A stretch of 64,000 bases of DNA from Hypanus sabinus (Eukaryota), in assembly GCF_030144855.1 (NCBI RefSeq), contig NC_082707.1, forward strand, positions 81,716,001 through 81,780,000. The letters run 5' to 3'. The notes below the pieces were generated by a model. That model had not been told where the DNA came from. It saw only the letters and a program-made list of their open reading frames with translations, and did not search any database. Below, one piece after another: positions 1-13,389 of the stretch; position 1 is the stretch's first letter; every line of letters starts with the position of its first letter. A program made the position numbers and the translations under genes.

Positions 1-519
1 ATTATCTGTATTCCTATTGTCTTTCAGATTGTTCCATGCCACGTGTTCACTTTGTGATAGAAATGTCTCTCATCTTTATGCATTGAGACTATATAGAGTT
101 GCTGATGAGATCTAGGCGGGTGGAACTGCTCATTGGAATTATTTCTCTCTGCAAACCATTGCAAGGAAAGGATTTTCAATATGACTATTAAAATTCAAGG
201 TGGCCTCCACAGGAATGTAGATCAGAAAGTTGCATCTTTGGCTTTTGTCTGTGCTGAATAATCTGATCATGGTTGCAATGCTATTTTATCCATTACAGAT
301 CGCTTTCAGATCAGGCTGAGAATGGGAAAATCAGATTTGGTGCCTTTTTTCTGAAAGCCCTGTTGTGTGATTTGCACATGCTTAAAACCAGAAAATGCAA
401 ATCAGAAATTTTAAATTTCAAAAGAAAAGCAAACTAGATGATTGATAAAATTATCAAAACAATTTATTTTTGTTGATTTATTTTCTATCTTCATCAAAAA
501 GTAAAAGAAGCTTTATTCA

Positions 520-780
520 TGGAAAGGAATGCTCTTATGATCCATGTGTTTCTTAAATGTACCTAATGTATCGGCCTCTACCAGCACCTGTGGCAGGGTG
601 TTTTGCTCCCTTACTTAACTCTGAATTCCTCCCCCCCTTTAATTTTCTCCAATCACCTTAAAAGTATCAACTCAATCTATGCCACTTACCTTCTACACCT
701 CTATCAAGTCACCTCTCACCCCCCCCCCTTATGATCCAAAGAGAAAAGCCATAGATTGCTCAACCTATCCTTATAAGACA
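520..780 (-). mobile_element. Degenerate CR1 LINE 3' fragment
   Basis: Reverse complement resembles the CR1 ORF2 C-terminal region (e.g. ctctatcaagtcacctctca = RGDLIE); boundaries approximate. Confidence 0.6.
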
Positions 781-1319
781 ATTGGATGAAACATAATAAT
801 TGTAGGATAATTATTTAAAAGCAACTGTCAAGGATTAAAGCAACTTGCACTTGAAGACGCTTTAATTTTCTGTGACAGCCACCATGGATATGTTAATATC
901 AAGTTGTGTCAGACATAATTGATTCAGTTTGTGATGGAATAGAATCAATAAAAGTCATGCAGTAGGTGCTTGTATGGGATTTAGACATTATAAAGTGAAA
1001 GAAGGAAGATGGCAAGGCAGATTGATAGTTGTGTGGAATTTTACATGATTTTCCCTTTGTAAATAAGGGCATTGAAAATAAAGTGGAGGAAGTCATGCTT
1101 AACTTTTACAAATTAACGTTTAGCCCTAAATTAGAACAATGAATACAATACTGGACATTATATTTATAACAAATGTCAAAAAACTTCAAGGCTTTAGAAG
1201 GAATGATGAGAAAGTTTATTAGAAATTATATATGCAGTCATTGGTAAACCTGTGATTGTTTTTCTTTGAGAAGAAGATGTTCAAGAAAGAGTCCTAATTA
1301 TGAAAAACATATAATTATA

Positions 1320-3170
1320 AAACCTCAGTTACATTTCTCATTCTTCTACACTTTAGGGAATGAAGTCCTAACTTATTCAAGCTATCTATATCACTCCTGT
1401 CCTCAAGTTCTGGCAACATGCTTGTAAATTTTCTCTGTATTCATTCAATCTTATTGATATCTTTCCAATAAGTAGGTGACCAGAACTGCACATAGTACTT
1501 CAATTTAGGCCTCACTGAATTCTTGCACAATATCAATATAACATCTCAACTCCTGTACTCAATACTTTGAATTGTGAAGGCAAATGTGCCAAATTTTCTC
1601 TTTATGGCCCTATATACTTGTGCCACCACTTTCAAGGAATTATGATTTATATTCCCATATCCCTTTATTGTACCACACTCATCTGTGCCCTACCACTGTA
1701 AGTCCTACTCTTGTATGTCCTCACGAAGTGTAACACTTCACACTTGTCTGCATTAATTTCCATCTGGCATATTTCAGCCCATTTTTCCAACTTTTCAACA
1801 TCCCGTTGCAATTTGAATAGCCTTTCTCACTTTCTACTTGCTCCCAGCCTTGGTATCATCCACAAATCTGCTGATACAGTTTTCTACATTACCATCAGAT
1901 CAATGATATAGAAGACAAACTACAAAGGACCCTGCATCAATCCTTGTGACACAAAACTTATCACAGGCCTATAGTCAGAGAGGCAACCAGTCTCTAGTTT
2001 CCCCCACAAAGCTAATGTCTAATCTAATTTACTACCTAATCCTTAATGCCAAGTGACTGAACCTTCTTGACCAAACTCCCATGTGTGAACTTGGTATAGT
2101 CCATGTCTAAGATCTTGGTATAGTCCATGTCGACAACATCCACTGCCTATAGTCCATGTCTAAGATCTTGGTATAGTCCATGTCGACAACATCCACTGCC
2201 TTCCTTTCATCAACGTTCCTGGTAACCTCCTTGAAAAATTCTATAAGATTGACTAGACATGACCTACCATGTACAAAGCCATATTGACTATTCCTAATCA
2301 GTCCCTGTCTCTCCAAATACTTACATATCCAATTCTTTAGAATACCTTCCAATACCTTACCCATTACTGATTTCAGGCTTACCAACCTATTATTTTCTAG
2401 CTTATTTTTAGAGCCTTTCTTAAGCAACAGAACACCATTTGCTAACCTCTAATCCTCTAGCATTTCACACAATGCTAGGGTCATTTTAAATGTCTCTGCT
2501 AAGGCCACTGCTATTTCTACACAAGCTTCCCACAGGGTCCAAGGGAACAGCTTCTTAAGCCCTTGATATTTATCCATCATAATTTGCCTCAAGACTGCAA
2601 ACATCACCGCTTCTGTAATCTGTATAGGGTCCATGACCTCAATGCTGCATCACCTAAATTCTCTAGGCTCTGCGTTCATCTCCCATGTAAATACAGATGC
2701 AACAACTCCATTCAGGATCTCCACCACCTCTTTCAGCTGCATGCATAGATGACTACACTGACCTTGAAGAGAGCCAATTTTGTCCCTCATGCTTTTGGCC
2801 AGACTTTTATGCTTAATGTATCTGCAGAAGCCCTTAGAATTTTCCATCATCTTGTCTGCTAGAGAAACATTATGATTTCCTTCCTAAAGGTTGTCCTGTA
2901 TTCCTTATGCTCCTCAAGTAACTAATTTGTTCCTTCTTGCCTATACCTGATATATATCTTCTTCTTAACCAGGGCTTCAATATCTCTTGAAAACCAAGGT
3001 TCCATAAACTTGTTATCCTTAACTTTTATTCTGACAGGAACGCACAAAATCTTTACTCTCAAACCTGCCCCAATCCACACCTGTCAGGTCCATTCTAATA
3101 TCAACAAACTTGACCTTTCTCCAGTTTAGAATCTCAATCCAAGGACCAGATCTAGCCTTCTCCATAATCA
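1320..3170 (-). mobile_element. CR1 LINE ORF2 remnant (RT region), multiply disrupted
   Basis: ORFs 2107-2427 (KKGSKNKLENNRLVSLKSVMGKVLE...SQYGFVHGRSCLVNLIEFF), 2449-2634 and 2650-2850 match CR1 ORF2 motifs also present in the young copy at 15030-17649. Confidence 0.9.
2095..2200 (+). repeat. Perfect 53-bp tandem duplication containing an internal 24-bp-period repeat
   Basis: tatagtccatgtctaagatcttggtatagtccatgtcgacaacatccactgcc at 2095-2147 and 2148-2200. Confidence 0.95.
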
Positions 3171-3586
3171 TATCAAAAAAGTCCATTTGTCACATTGTGT
3201 ACATGCTTGCATTCTATGGAGTAATCCAATTACTCCATCATCATAGCCCTGAAAGATATTTCTCCTCTTAATTGTCTGTCTACTTTCCTTTCAAAATCAT
3301 TGATCATCTCAGCTTTCAGTGGTTTACGAAGTTCCATTACCACTTTCTACATGAAGAAATGTTTTTCCTCACATTTCAGTTTATCAACTGACCAAAAAGT
3401 TTAACATTACATTCTTCTCCTCATTCCTGTTAGTGAAACAACTGTTCTGCAGAAACCAATAATATTCATATGTATACAGCTCTGTCACATCTGTCAAAAT
3501 AACATCCTGCAAAGGAACAAGCATAAGCACTTGTAGCCAACTTTATAGTCGGTCATCCTAAGAAACATTTTGGTAAATTTGAGTTT

Positions 3587-4343
3587 AAAATGGCGCTGGC
3601 GAAGCATTGCAGCAATTTGGTGTCAGCAACCAAAACTGCTAATTACTTTATTTCTCAAAAACGATCACTGCCATCAATAGTCTGTAACTTCCCTTTCATT
3701 TTTGCAATGTGAATTAAAATCTTGAAGGTGCAGGATGGGTGCGGTGCAGCATGTATGGGTCGAATCAAAGCAGTGGGGTATGGGGATGAGTGTGGGGAAT
3801 GAACCAGTGTTTGACCATTGTTAGAGCGGACGGAGTTGATTCAAAACAGCAGATCTGAGGCGAGGTGAAGTGGAGGTGAGGTGGTGGGGCAGAGGTCTGA
3901 GAGCGTATCAAAGTGGCAGGGCCCAGGTCCAAGAGCAAGAAGCAAGGCACGGTTTGACTGATTTAAGTGCCACAGCAGATTGGAAAATTTGAGCATGTCA
4001 GGGCCTAGAGAGAGGGACAGGCTGATGTTCAGCTTGCTGCTTGAGATTTTCACTCATCTTTGCTGAACTGAAGCAGTGATCTACAACTAAAAGCTTCCTA
4101 GATCGGATGTGACTAGCTTTATGGCTGTGAACTCACTTCCATGAACTTCAGTTCTGAATGCTATTTGCTTATTTTTATTATTTGCATGATTTGTTTCCAC
4201 ACATTGGGTGTATGACCATCTTCTTTTAAGAATGCTTTCTATTGTACATCTCTGTTTCGTGACTGCCTGTAAGGAGTTGAATCGCAAGGTTGCATAAAGT
4301 ATACATACTTTGATAATAAATGTACTTCGACTTTGACTTTGAA
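3587..4343 (+). mobile_element. Non-coding non-autonomous LINE derivative with Rex1/Babar-type 3' tail
   Basis: Starts AAAATGGCG; ends with the tail (aataaatgtact..ctttgactttga) shared with Rex-like copies at ~24400-24460 and ~63800-63862; no RT ORF. Confidence 0.6.
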
Positions 4344-5184
4344 TCCTCACGGGTTTCTTCTGAAAGTTGATCATCAGGACTGGATGCAGTGTTCTGGTCG
4401 TGCTATTATAAGTTTTAGTAGTGTGCTATTTTTATGAGCACACTAGTTCCTGTGTTCTTTGCCAAGTACCCTCTCAACATATCCTGTCACATTCAAAGAT
4501 TTATGTCACAAAACCCCAGGTACTTCTTTTTTCCAAGTTATCCTACCTTCATTCTACCATATTTCTAATTATGAAATTCCATCGCCCACATGATTGCTCA
4601 TTGTTGCAATCAATGCATCTCATCTTACTGTTCACCACACCTTCAAAGTTTGAAAATTTACTCTGTGTTGAAATCCCCTAGTCATAAATTATCTAAAGGA
4701 AACTTCTTGCACTGTCAGATCAGGAGTTTCAGATTAAAATTTATCATAGAAAATATCAATAGCAGGTATATCCACGTCTGGTGCAGATTGACTTGAATGT
4801 GATACCTTTTAATCATTGATGAGTTTTAATGGATGGATAAATTGCAACTTTTCAGTATCAATATGACAATACATTTCTCAGTTCTAATCATCCTTATTAA
4901 GATTTTAAAGAAATAAGATTAAGGCTAAGAGGATTTCAAGAGACACAAGCCACTATAATAGATTCTCAATGTCATTAAGGTTTCTGCCAAAACTAAAGGT
5001 TTCAGGAAATTATGGGAGAAGTAAGTTAACATGCTTCAATATAGTTGTCAGAAACATGAACAGCACTCTGTCAATACACTGGACATAACATTGCACCTTC
5101 ATCTTTACTCCAACTCCTACAAAACTCAGCTCTATCCTCCCAATCATCAGTGGGAATCCATTAATTTCAAAATAAAAGAAACTA

Positions 5185-6490
5185 TAGATCTGGAACAGAA
5201 AGCAGAATACTGGAAGAACTTAGTGGGACGAGCAGTACTTCAGGAGGAAAAAGGTGTAAGTATGTTTTATGCTAAATGTCTGCATGAAGACTGAGAGGGA
5301 AGATGAGAGATTGCCAGTACAGGTACGTAGCAGTACCAGGGGACTGAACAGATGCTGGTAGATAATTGGTGGAATCAGATGGTGTGTTGATGGTGGGCAG
5401 ATGGAACCAAGTGGAGGAAAGGGAAAGGGGAACAATGGGAGAAAGAAAAATTAGGTGGATGGGTAAGTGTGTGTAAGGGAGGTATCAGTACTGTGGATTA
5501 TCTCCAAATGACATATTCAATGCTCAAAGCAATTGGTTGTAAGTTATCCGAGCAGAATAAGGAATGTTATTCCAATTTGCACTTATCCTCTCTGTAGTAA
5601 TGAAGAAGGCTGAAGAGAAACAAGTCAGTGTGGGAGTGGGGAAGAGAGTTAAAATTACATGTATTCAGAAAATCGTGATTGCTATTGCAATTGATTGCAG
5701 ATGATCAGCAAAGTGATTACTGAATCTACACTTGGTTTCACCAATGTTGAGGAAGGCACAGCCTGAAAAACAAATGCAGCTGACCAGGATGGAAAAGGAA
5801 CTGGTGAATCTCTGTGTCAGCTGGAAGGGCTCTTTAGATCCCTGGATGGTGGTGAGGAAGGCAATAAAGGGACAGGTGACAGTATTCCTATGGTTGCAAG
5901 GGAATGCACCTGGAGACAGAGAGAGGTGGATGGAAAGAAATGAGTGGATGAAGGATTTATGAAGAGAGTGGTCACCATGGAAAACAGAAAGAGGATCATG
6001 CTGGAGTAGAGGACCGGGTAGAGGATGATACGTTAAATCCAGAAGCTGGTGGAGTGCTAGGTGAGGAAACGTTATTGCTATTCTCTCTGAGGAGTGATGG
6101 ATGGCAGTAGACACTCAGAAAATGCAGAAATATGTGTGCAAGCTCCATCAACTGTGGCAGAGGGGAAACCACATTTCCTGAAAAAGGAGAACTTTCCAGA
6201 TGCCCCAAATTGCAATGCCTCAATGTGAGAACAGATGCAGCAGAGACAGGAAAACCAAGAGAAAGGGGTGCTATCCTTAGAGGAGGAGATGCAATTGAGG
6301 TAGCTGGGGGAATTAGAGAGTTTATCATAAATGTCAGTGGTTAGTCTGGCTCCTGAGATGGGAATCGAGAAATCCAGAAAAGAAACTGTTAAAAATAATC
6401 TAGGTGAATTTGAGGACAAATCGGTGGTTTGTGGCAAAGGTGATGCAATGGGGATCATGTGTGAGTGTGGGAAACAGCATGAATCATTAA
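5185..6490 (-). mobile_element. Penelope-like element 3' part (RT thumb + GIY-YIG endonuclease + terminal module)
   Basis: ORF 6078-6458 (SFLDFSIPISGARLTTDIYDK...SYL) and 5665-6114 (CPF...FLNIGETKCRFSNHFADHL, a GIY-YIG 'YIGET' motif); decayed terminal module at 5190-5295. Confidence 0.85.
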
Positions 6491-6559
6491 ATTCCTGGTT
6501 TTATCACTAAATACTCTTAGAATGGAAAATAATGACCATTCACATAAGATTGGGTTTAA

Positions 6560-7264
6560 ATTAGTTGATAACAATACATGATATGCACAGGTTGATTGGG
6601 TGGTTAAGAAGACATATGGCATGCTTGCCTTATTACTCAATGCATTAAGTTCAAAATTCAGGAAGTCATGTTGCAGCTTTATAAAACTCTAGACCACATC
6701 TGTTGTATTGCTAACAGTTCTTGTTGACCATTATAGGAAGGAAGTGTTGGAGAGGATGTAAAGGTTTACCATGATATTGGCTTGATTAGAGGGCATGTAC
6801 AGTAATGAGAAGTTGAACAAACTGGAGTTATTTTCTCTGGAGCAGCAAAAGCTGAGAGGAGATCTGGGAAAGGTTTATAAGATTATATGAGGCATAAATA
6901 GAGTTGACAGACAATATCTTCTTCCCAGTGTTGAAATGTCTAAAACCAGAGGGCATACATTTCAGATGAGAGAGGGTAGTTTCAAAGGAGATGTGAGGGG
7001 CAAGTTTTTTACACAAGTAGTGATAGGTTCCTGGAATGAGCTGCCTGGGCTGGTGATAGAGGTAGATACACTAGGTACATTTAAGAGCCATTTAGATAGA
7101 CCCATAAACATGAGGAAAATGGAAGGATATGGACATTGTGTAGGTGGAAGTGATTAGTTTAGTTAGCCATTTGGGTACTAATTTAATTGGTTTGGTACAG
7201 CATTTTCAGACTGAAGGGCCTGTTCCTGTGCTGTACTCTTTTGTGTCCTATGTTCCATGTTCTA
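6560..7264 (+). mobile_element. CR1 LINE 3' fragment
   Basis: ORF 6936-7157 (TRGHTF...FFTQVVIGSWNELP); 3' hairpin region and (CTATGTT)-type tail. Confidence 0.85.
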
Positions 7265-8739
7265 TATAGGGCACAATGAGAAAAATTAATGTAGGACTGG
7301 TTTTGCATGCAAGATGGTCAGCCACTTTGGTACAGCATTGGAAGTTTGAGTATAACCACTAAAACTCCTCTTGATTCAATAGTAAAATAAAAGGGAAATA
7401 TTTAGTGCTTTGTATTCAGCTTTCAACGGTGACTTCAAAGTCCAATGGCAAGGTCATAGAATAAGCCAGAATAAATGAACATGAGCTCTGGTTTATGATT
7501 CAAAGTGTTTGGCAAAAGGGTTTGAAAAGAATTTGCTTTTTACCTTGCATTTATTAATAAATTGCATAATTCCTGCTCAAAATGGTTTCCATGGAGATGT
7601 GAGCATTATTTGTTGCACTTGACATATCATTGTATATCCTAGAATTTAGGGATCAGATTCATAATTAGATTTTTCCACCGTCATTTTTACTGCATCCAGT
7701 TTGAAATTTAATGGAAAATATAATCAGTGGGCTGTAATAACAATAGTTACTTTATTGAATACCTGTGCAGTAGTAGATACAAATACCCCTTAAGTTTATT
7801 TTATTTTTTTCTTAGCATCAAGCTAGGAAAACTTCACTCCGATGCACTTTCATTTCTTCTTTTCATTATCAAGTTCAGCATTGTCTCTCATATATAGAAT
7901 CATAAATAAGGCCACTAACATGAATGCACGTAATAAAACAAAATAATACAGATAGTCAATGAATATTAAAGTATATTTTTCACTCAAAGCGGTGATGGAA
8001 GGCCAACATTATGGTCGTAATTTGCCACATTTTCTATTTTGGCATCTTTTCAGCCTCTAGATAGATTTCATTGGTGTGCTCACTACATAAACATGTTAAT
8101 GCAAAAAAAAATCACATATTCCAATCTTGTAGGGTATGAGTGAATTTAGTCAATGTTACCACAATCCTCCAAAGAAATGATGACTGCCTTTGAATTGAAA
8201 GCATGTATTTTTCATAGTTAGGAGAAGGGAAATGCATCTTAATGTGAAAGGAATGTGAAATTTCTAAGGGGTAAAATTGATAGGATATTTTTAAATAAAT
8301 ATTTTCTGGGAATGGACAGAAATCACTGGAAATTGAGATTTTGAAGAATGCAATATATCTCAATAAGGGAAGTACCACAAAGTTGATTTTTAACTACTTT
8401 GGTATTCAAAACTTGACTGATATCTAGTGCTTAAAAGTGCACGAATAAAGAATTAGTAATAGGGGTAAAGTGTAGATGCCTCACAGTGATAAGAAAAGTT
8501 GATTTTCTGTTTTGTCCATTGTATTAAGTTTGAGCAACAACTCGTAGTATGCACTATAACTTGCAACCCCAATGATAATTGAACTGAAACTTCCTAGAAG
8601 ATAAAAACTGTATTAATATTAAAACTTTTGGTCATTATTTATTTCAATTTAATACAGGTCCATAATGTATTTGCAACACAAAAATGCAATGAATTCAGAT
8701 TACCTATAGAAATTATATTCTGAAAGTACTTGCAGTTTT

Positions 8740-9512
8740 CATTAGACAACAAAGATTTTGTTTCCTGAATACTTTTGGGTGCATCTTATCAATTTTGGGC
8801 TGCCGGTCATAAAAATCGCCATGAAATTTCCCTATCATGCACCATTGTTTTTAATCGCCAAATTTATTATTTCACTTCATAATTCAAGTCAGAATAACTG
8901 ATGCCAAGATTAAGGAATGCATTTATGCTGGTCTGCAAATCAACAGGGTCATCAATAACAGGAAGCTCAAAGAATTCCTAGTGGGACAGGAGAAAACTGC
9001 ATGGAAGGCAATCAAGGATGCACTGAACATTTTTTTGGCAACTATGGAGCATCAAACTGGTTGACTTCAAACATACAAAACTATGAAGTGCAATTTGTCA
9101 TTAAAGATTCATTTTCTGCATTCCCATTTAGACTTCTTCCCTGAAAATCTTGTCTCTGTCAGTGACGAGCATAGTGAAAGATTTCACCAGGATATTGCAG
9201 TAATAGAAAAGCGGTATCAGGGCGACTGGAATCCATCAATGCCAGCTGATTATTGTTGGATACTTAAGCAAAAAGACTCAAACACTGAGTACAAATGAAA
9301 ATCATCAACAAAACATACTTAGCTTTGTTGAACAATTGCAAAGCATCAGCACCATTATGCAATTAAATGCATTATATTTAATAAAAGTTAATTGCTTGTT
9401 CCTCCAAATTCTTACATGACACAAGTAGTCTGAAATTTAGCTTCAACTAGTCTATTGTAAACAAAAACATTTTCTGAGGAAGCAACAGATTTAAAAAATG
9501 TGCTGTCCAGTG
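8740..9512 (+). mobile_element. Internally deleted DNA transposon, Chapaev3-like (CMC superfamily)
   Basis: Transposase C-terminal motif SLKIHFLHSHLDFFPENLVSVSDEHSERFHQDIAVIEKRYQGDWN (9083-9298) plus upstream DAKIKECIYAG...EKTAWKAIKD; imperfect TIRs cattagacaaca (8740) and tgctgtccagtg (ends 9512). Family assignment is from recall of the motif. Confidence 0.75.
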
Positions 9513-10074
9513 TATTCAGCCTAGTTCTTGCCCCTTCATATCTATGTGTTCACCTGTGCAATGTGCATCATGAATTGCACATTTTCAAACATGTTGAACT
9601 TTTTTGAGGAGTAGATGCATTTTAATCAATTGAAATGTTTTTCTTCAGGCACTGATAATCTAAATGAAAACTGATTTTACTGCATTGTTTTGATTCAGTG
9701 CTCCATTAATGTAAAATATGAGCATACTTTTCATACAGTTTTAAGAACAAAATCAAACAAAAACACACATTTGGTAGATTTATTTGAAACTTCCCATTGA
9801 GGTGAATATTAGAAATCCACAAACGTAATAAGATAAAGATTAATATCATTCTCTTTTCAAGGATGCTAATTTACTGCAGATTGAAGACCAAAGTATTAAC
9901 AGCCATTTTAGATTTGCTAAATTGCAATATTAATCCAATTCATTATAGTAATTTAATTCCTCAAACTGCATTAAGTTTCATACAGTTAGTAAACTCAGGT
10001 CACTTTACAAAAGAATTTACTTTGTAACTTGAGCATTCCTATGTAACCTTGCGCATTTCCTGTTCAATGAAGTT

Positions 10075-10550
10075 GAACGCATTGGTGAGATCACACTTGG
10101 AGTACTGCATGCAATTTGGGTCATCCAGCTTTAAGAAGCATATAATCAAGCTGGAAAGGGTGCACAAAGGTTCACAAGGATATTATCAGGACCAACAGGC
10201 TTGAGTTATAAGGAGAGGTTTGTTAGATTAGGGCTTTTTCCCTGGAGCCAGGACAGCTGAGATATGACCTTGTGGAGGTATGTATAACCAAGTGGTGTGT
10301 AAATAATATCTCATAGAGTATAAAAATTGACTTATTTAAGGTGAGGGGGTAAGATTTAAAGAGGACTTTCACACAGAGGTTGGTGGGTATATGGAAACAA
10401 GTGATAGAAGAAATTGTAGAGGTGGGTATTTAAGAGACATTTAGATTAGTTAAGTACAGGGATAGACCAGGTTTGGAAGAATATGGACTACACTCTGGCA
10501 AATGGGAATAATTTGGATGGATTCATTGTTGGTTATCATGGACAAGTAGG
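10075..10550 (+). mobile_element. Old CR1 LINE 3' fragment
   Basis: cacacttggagtactgcatgcaatttggg (HLEYC.QF) and downstream decayed CR1 3' motifs. Confidence 0.7.
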
Positions 10551-11029
10551 GTTGTTATTATCTGGAAGTAATATAAGGTTGTCATCATCACTGTTATTAA
10601 CCTCACTGAAGAAAGTCTGAATTCACAGAGATAACAGCAAAATGTAAAATCCACTTAGAATGACTAACAACTGTTCATTGGGAAATACATCGGGTCATGG
10701 ATAAAGTTATGGCACAGTATACATCCTACGTTAAGAGCCAATGCTTCCTCATAATTTGTGTAAGTAATATAATAATTGATGCCTGCCAAAAAAAAATTAC
10801 CGCACCAAAGGATCTGCAGGTTGAATAAAGCATAGAGTACTGGGATTACTCAAGAGGTGAGGTAGCATCTGTAGAAAGAGAAACAAAGCAAATATTTTAG
10901 TTTAATATTAAACATTTTCTCCCTAGAACAGAGAAAAGCTAGAAATAGAATATCTATGAAAAAATGGCACGGAGGTACATGTGGTACAACTGCAACCACA
11001 CATCTCTAGTAACTCATCTTCAGTCCTGA

Positions 11030-11135
11030 TCTCCAGTGCTCCCTGTGGATTTTGCCTGCTCCCTCTGGGTGATCCTGTTTCCTCCCTTAGTCCAAAGACA
11101 TGTAGATTAGTAAAGTATTTTGGTACTCCAAATTG
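11030..11135 (+). mobile_element. V-SINE core fragment
   Basis: ctgtggattttgc...gtttcctcccttagtccaaagac resembles the V-domain of the copy at 48740-49060. Confidence 0.5.
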
Positions 11136-11174
11136 TGACTGCGTTGAGTAATTACAATAAGATTAATGTAAGTA

Positions 11175-12105
11175 GGTGCTTGATTGTGGACTTCAGGAAG
11201 GGTAAGAAGAGGGAACATGAACCAATCCTCATAGAAAGATCAGAAGTGAAGAGAGTGAGCAACTTAAAGTTCTTGATTGTTAAAATCTCTGAGGATCTAA
11301 CCTGGTCCCAAAATATCAAAGCAGCTATAGAGAAGGCAAGAAAGCAGCTATATTTCATTACTCCATTAGGAGTTTGGTTTTGTCACCAAAAACACTCAAA
11401 AACGTCTATAGATAGATGTGCCTTGAAGAGTATTCTCAAAGGCTATATCAGTGCCTGGTATGGTGGAGGGAGGGGGGGGGGATGGGGGGGTTGGTTGCTA
11501 TTGCGCTGTAGTGAAAGAAGCTATAGAAAGTTGTAAACAAGGGAAAATCTGCAGATGCTAGAAATCCAAGCAACACACATTAAAATGCTGGAGGAACTCA
11601 GCAAGACAGGCAGCATCTATGGGAAAAAAGTACAGTCTACATTTCAAGCTGAGACTCTTTGTCAGGAAAGTTGTAAAATCAGTCAGCTCCATCTTGGGTA
11701 GTATCCAAGAAATCTTCAAGCAGTGGTGCCTCAGAAAGGTGACATCCATTATTAAGAACACCCATCACCAAGGGCATGCACTCTTCTCATTGTTTCCATC
11801 AGGAAGGAGGCACAGAAGCATGAAGGCATAGATTCAGCAATTCAGGAGCAGCTTCTTCCCCTCTGCCATAGGATTCCTAAATAGATATTGAACCCATAAA
11901 CTCTATCACACTTTTTAAAATATATACTATTTCTGTTTTGCACTATATTAATTTAACTATTTGATATACATATATAATTAGTGTAATTGATTTACTTATT
12001 GATTTTTTTCTTTTTATTTTATCATGTATTGCATTGAACTGCTGCTGCTGCTAAGTTAACAAATATTATGTCACATGCTGGTGTTAATATCCATGATTCT
12101 GATTC
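11175..12105 (+). mobile_element. Rex1/Babar-like LINE 3' fragment (post-RT region), interrupted at 11538-11665
   Basis: IVDFRK...EVKRVSNLKFL..ISEDLTWS...KARKQLYF and SIIKNTHHQGHALFSLFPSGRR; (GATTCT)n-like tail near 12095. Confidence 0.8.
11538..11665 (-). mobile_element. Stand-alone Penelope terminal module with CpG-decayed hammerhead core
   Basis: Flanked by the 12-bp direct repeat gaaagttgtaaa (11526-11537 and 11666-11677); minus-strand core cctgacaaagagtctcagcttgaaatgtagactg. Confidence 0.85.
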
Positions 12106-12299
12106 AGTAATTCAAAGGGTTTATTCCCATGCAGTATAACTATAAGGAGCTGTCTTATTGACTGCGTATTTCTAGTATTGTCTTTTATTCTGGACTTCCA
12201 GCATCGGCAATTCTCTTCTTATTTTGGAGTCGGTGGGCAAAGATTCAACATTTCTCTATGATTAAAAACCATCTCTATCTTTGCATTTGCTCGTAAATT

Positions 12300-13108
12300 G
12301 AATTCAAAGATTCAAAGTGCATTTATTATTGAAGTATGTATGTAGTGTACAACCCTGAAATTCTTCTTCTCCACAGACAGTCATGAAACAAAGAAGAAAC
12401 ATGGAATCAAACTGATCAAAGAAAAATATCAAACATCAGATCCCCCTCCCACCACCCCATGCGCATTATCATTATCTGCAGGCCATCTTGATTCAAAAAT
12501 CGCCCCAGAGTAGTAACCAAAAAAAAGTAACCAGAACTAGAACTAGAATTAGAACACATCATAATCCTAAATTAGAGTCTGAGTCTATACCCTGCATTGC
12601 TCAAACCTTGCTCTGGCTCCACTTGCTGACTGCATCGAGGGAGAGAGACATCACGTGAATGCAAGGACCTTCCCTTGGGAGCTGCGGGTGAGATAGACGC
12701 AGACAGCTTCTCTGGCAGCAATGAGCAAGAGGCTGGTAGGCAGCATTGAACACTCACTCATCTTCCCCACCTGCCTTGATGATTTCAATCTTCCTTGATG
12801 CTTTAATTGGCAAGATCAGAGAGCAATAATGTTGATCTTGGTCTCGCACCCCATATCCAGGTTTCCTGGCCTCCATATTGCATACTCTGCTCACAGCCTT
12901 GTGAAACACTCCCAGAGACACCAAAGTACTAGATTGCCTGATCAGCCCGAAATCACACCTCCAGAATGTAGATGACAGGCTTTAATAGTAGAAGAACCAT
13001 GCATGAAATAAAAAGAAGATGTAAAAGAAGTGAAATAGATTGATTAATGAACGATCTTGAGGATGTCATCTTTAATAGTGTTGTCCATTGATGCCATCTT
13101 CTTCTGGA
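12300..13108 (-). mobile_element. Non-coding Rex1/Babar-tail derivative
   Basis: Tail ttcaaagattcaaagtgcatttattat...tacaaccctgaaattc at the left; 5' end aagatggca on the minus strand (gccatctt at ~13093-13100). Confidence 0.55.
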
Positions 13109-13389
13109 ATGCTTTGGTCTGCAAAACTTTATGTTTATTGTGTAATAGTGATATGATATTCAGTCCTTATAAAAGGAGCTAATTTCCAATGTTCCATTAA
13201 TTAAATGTGTGTTCCAGTTATTATGCTACAGCATCTGTTCACGAACTATTGCAACAGCTGCTGCCCAGCAGTTTAGTCAATGTCAAATAACGTAGTACAT
13301 TTGATCATTCCTGGTCTAAACAGTTCAGTTTCTTGCTGAACTGTTGTCTGAGCTCCTTGAAAATTCTCCTGAATTTAGATAGATGTTTT

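Noticed and set aside
160-345. Possible ancient SINE relic (similar impression at ~51850-52110)
   Set aside because: Too diverged to assign or bound by eye.
2090-2200. CRISPR-like repeat/spacer pattern
   Set aside because: The 'spacers' are duplicated too; it is a tandem duplication in a eukaryotic LINE with no cas genes.
11462-11494. G-run capable of forming a G-quadruplex
   Set aside because: Looks like a local homopolymer expansion inside a dead Rex fragment, with no evidence of function.
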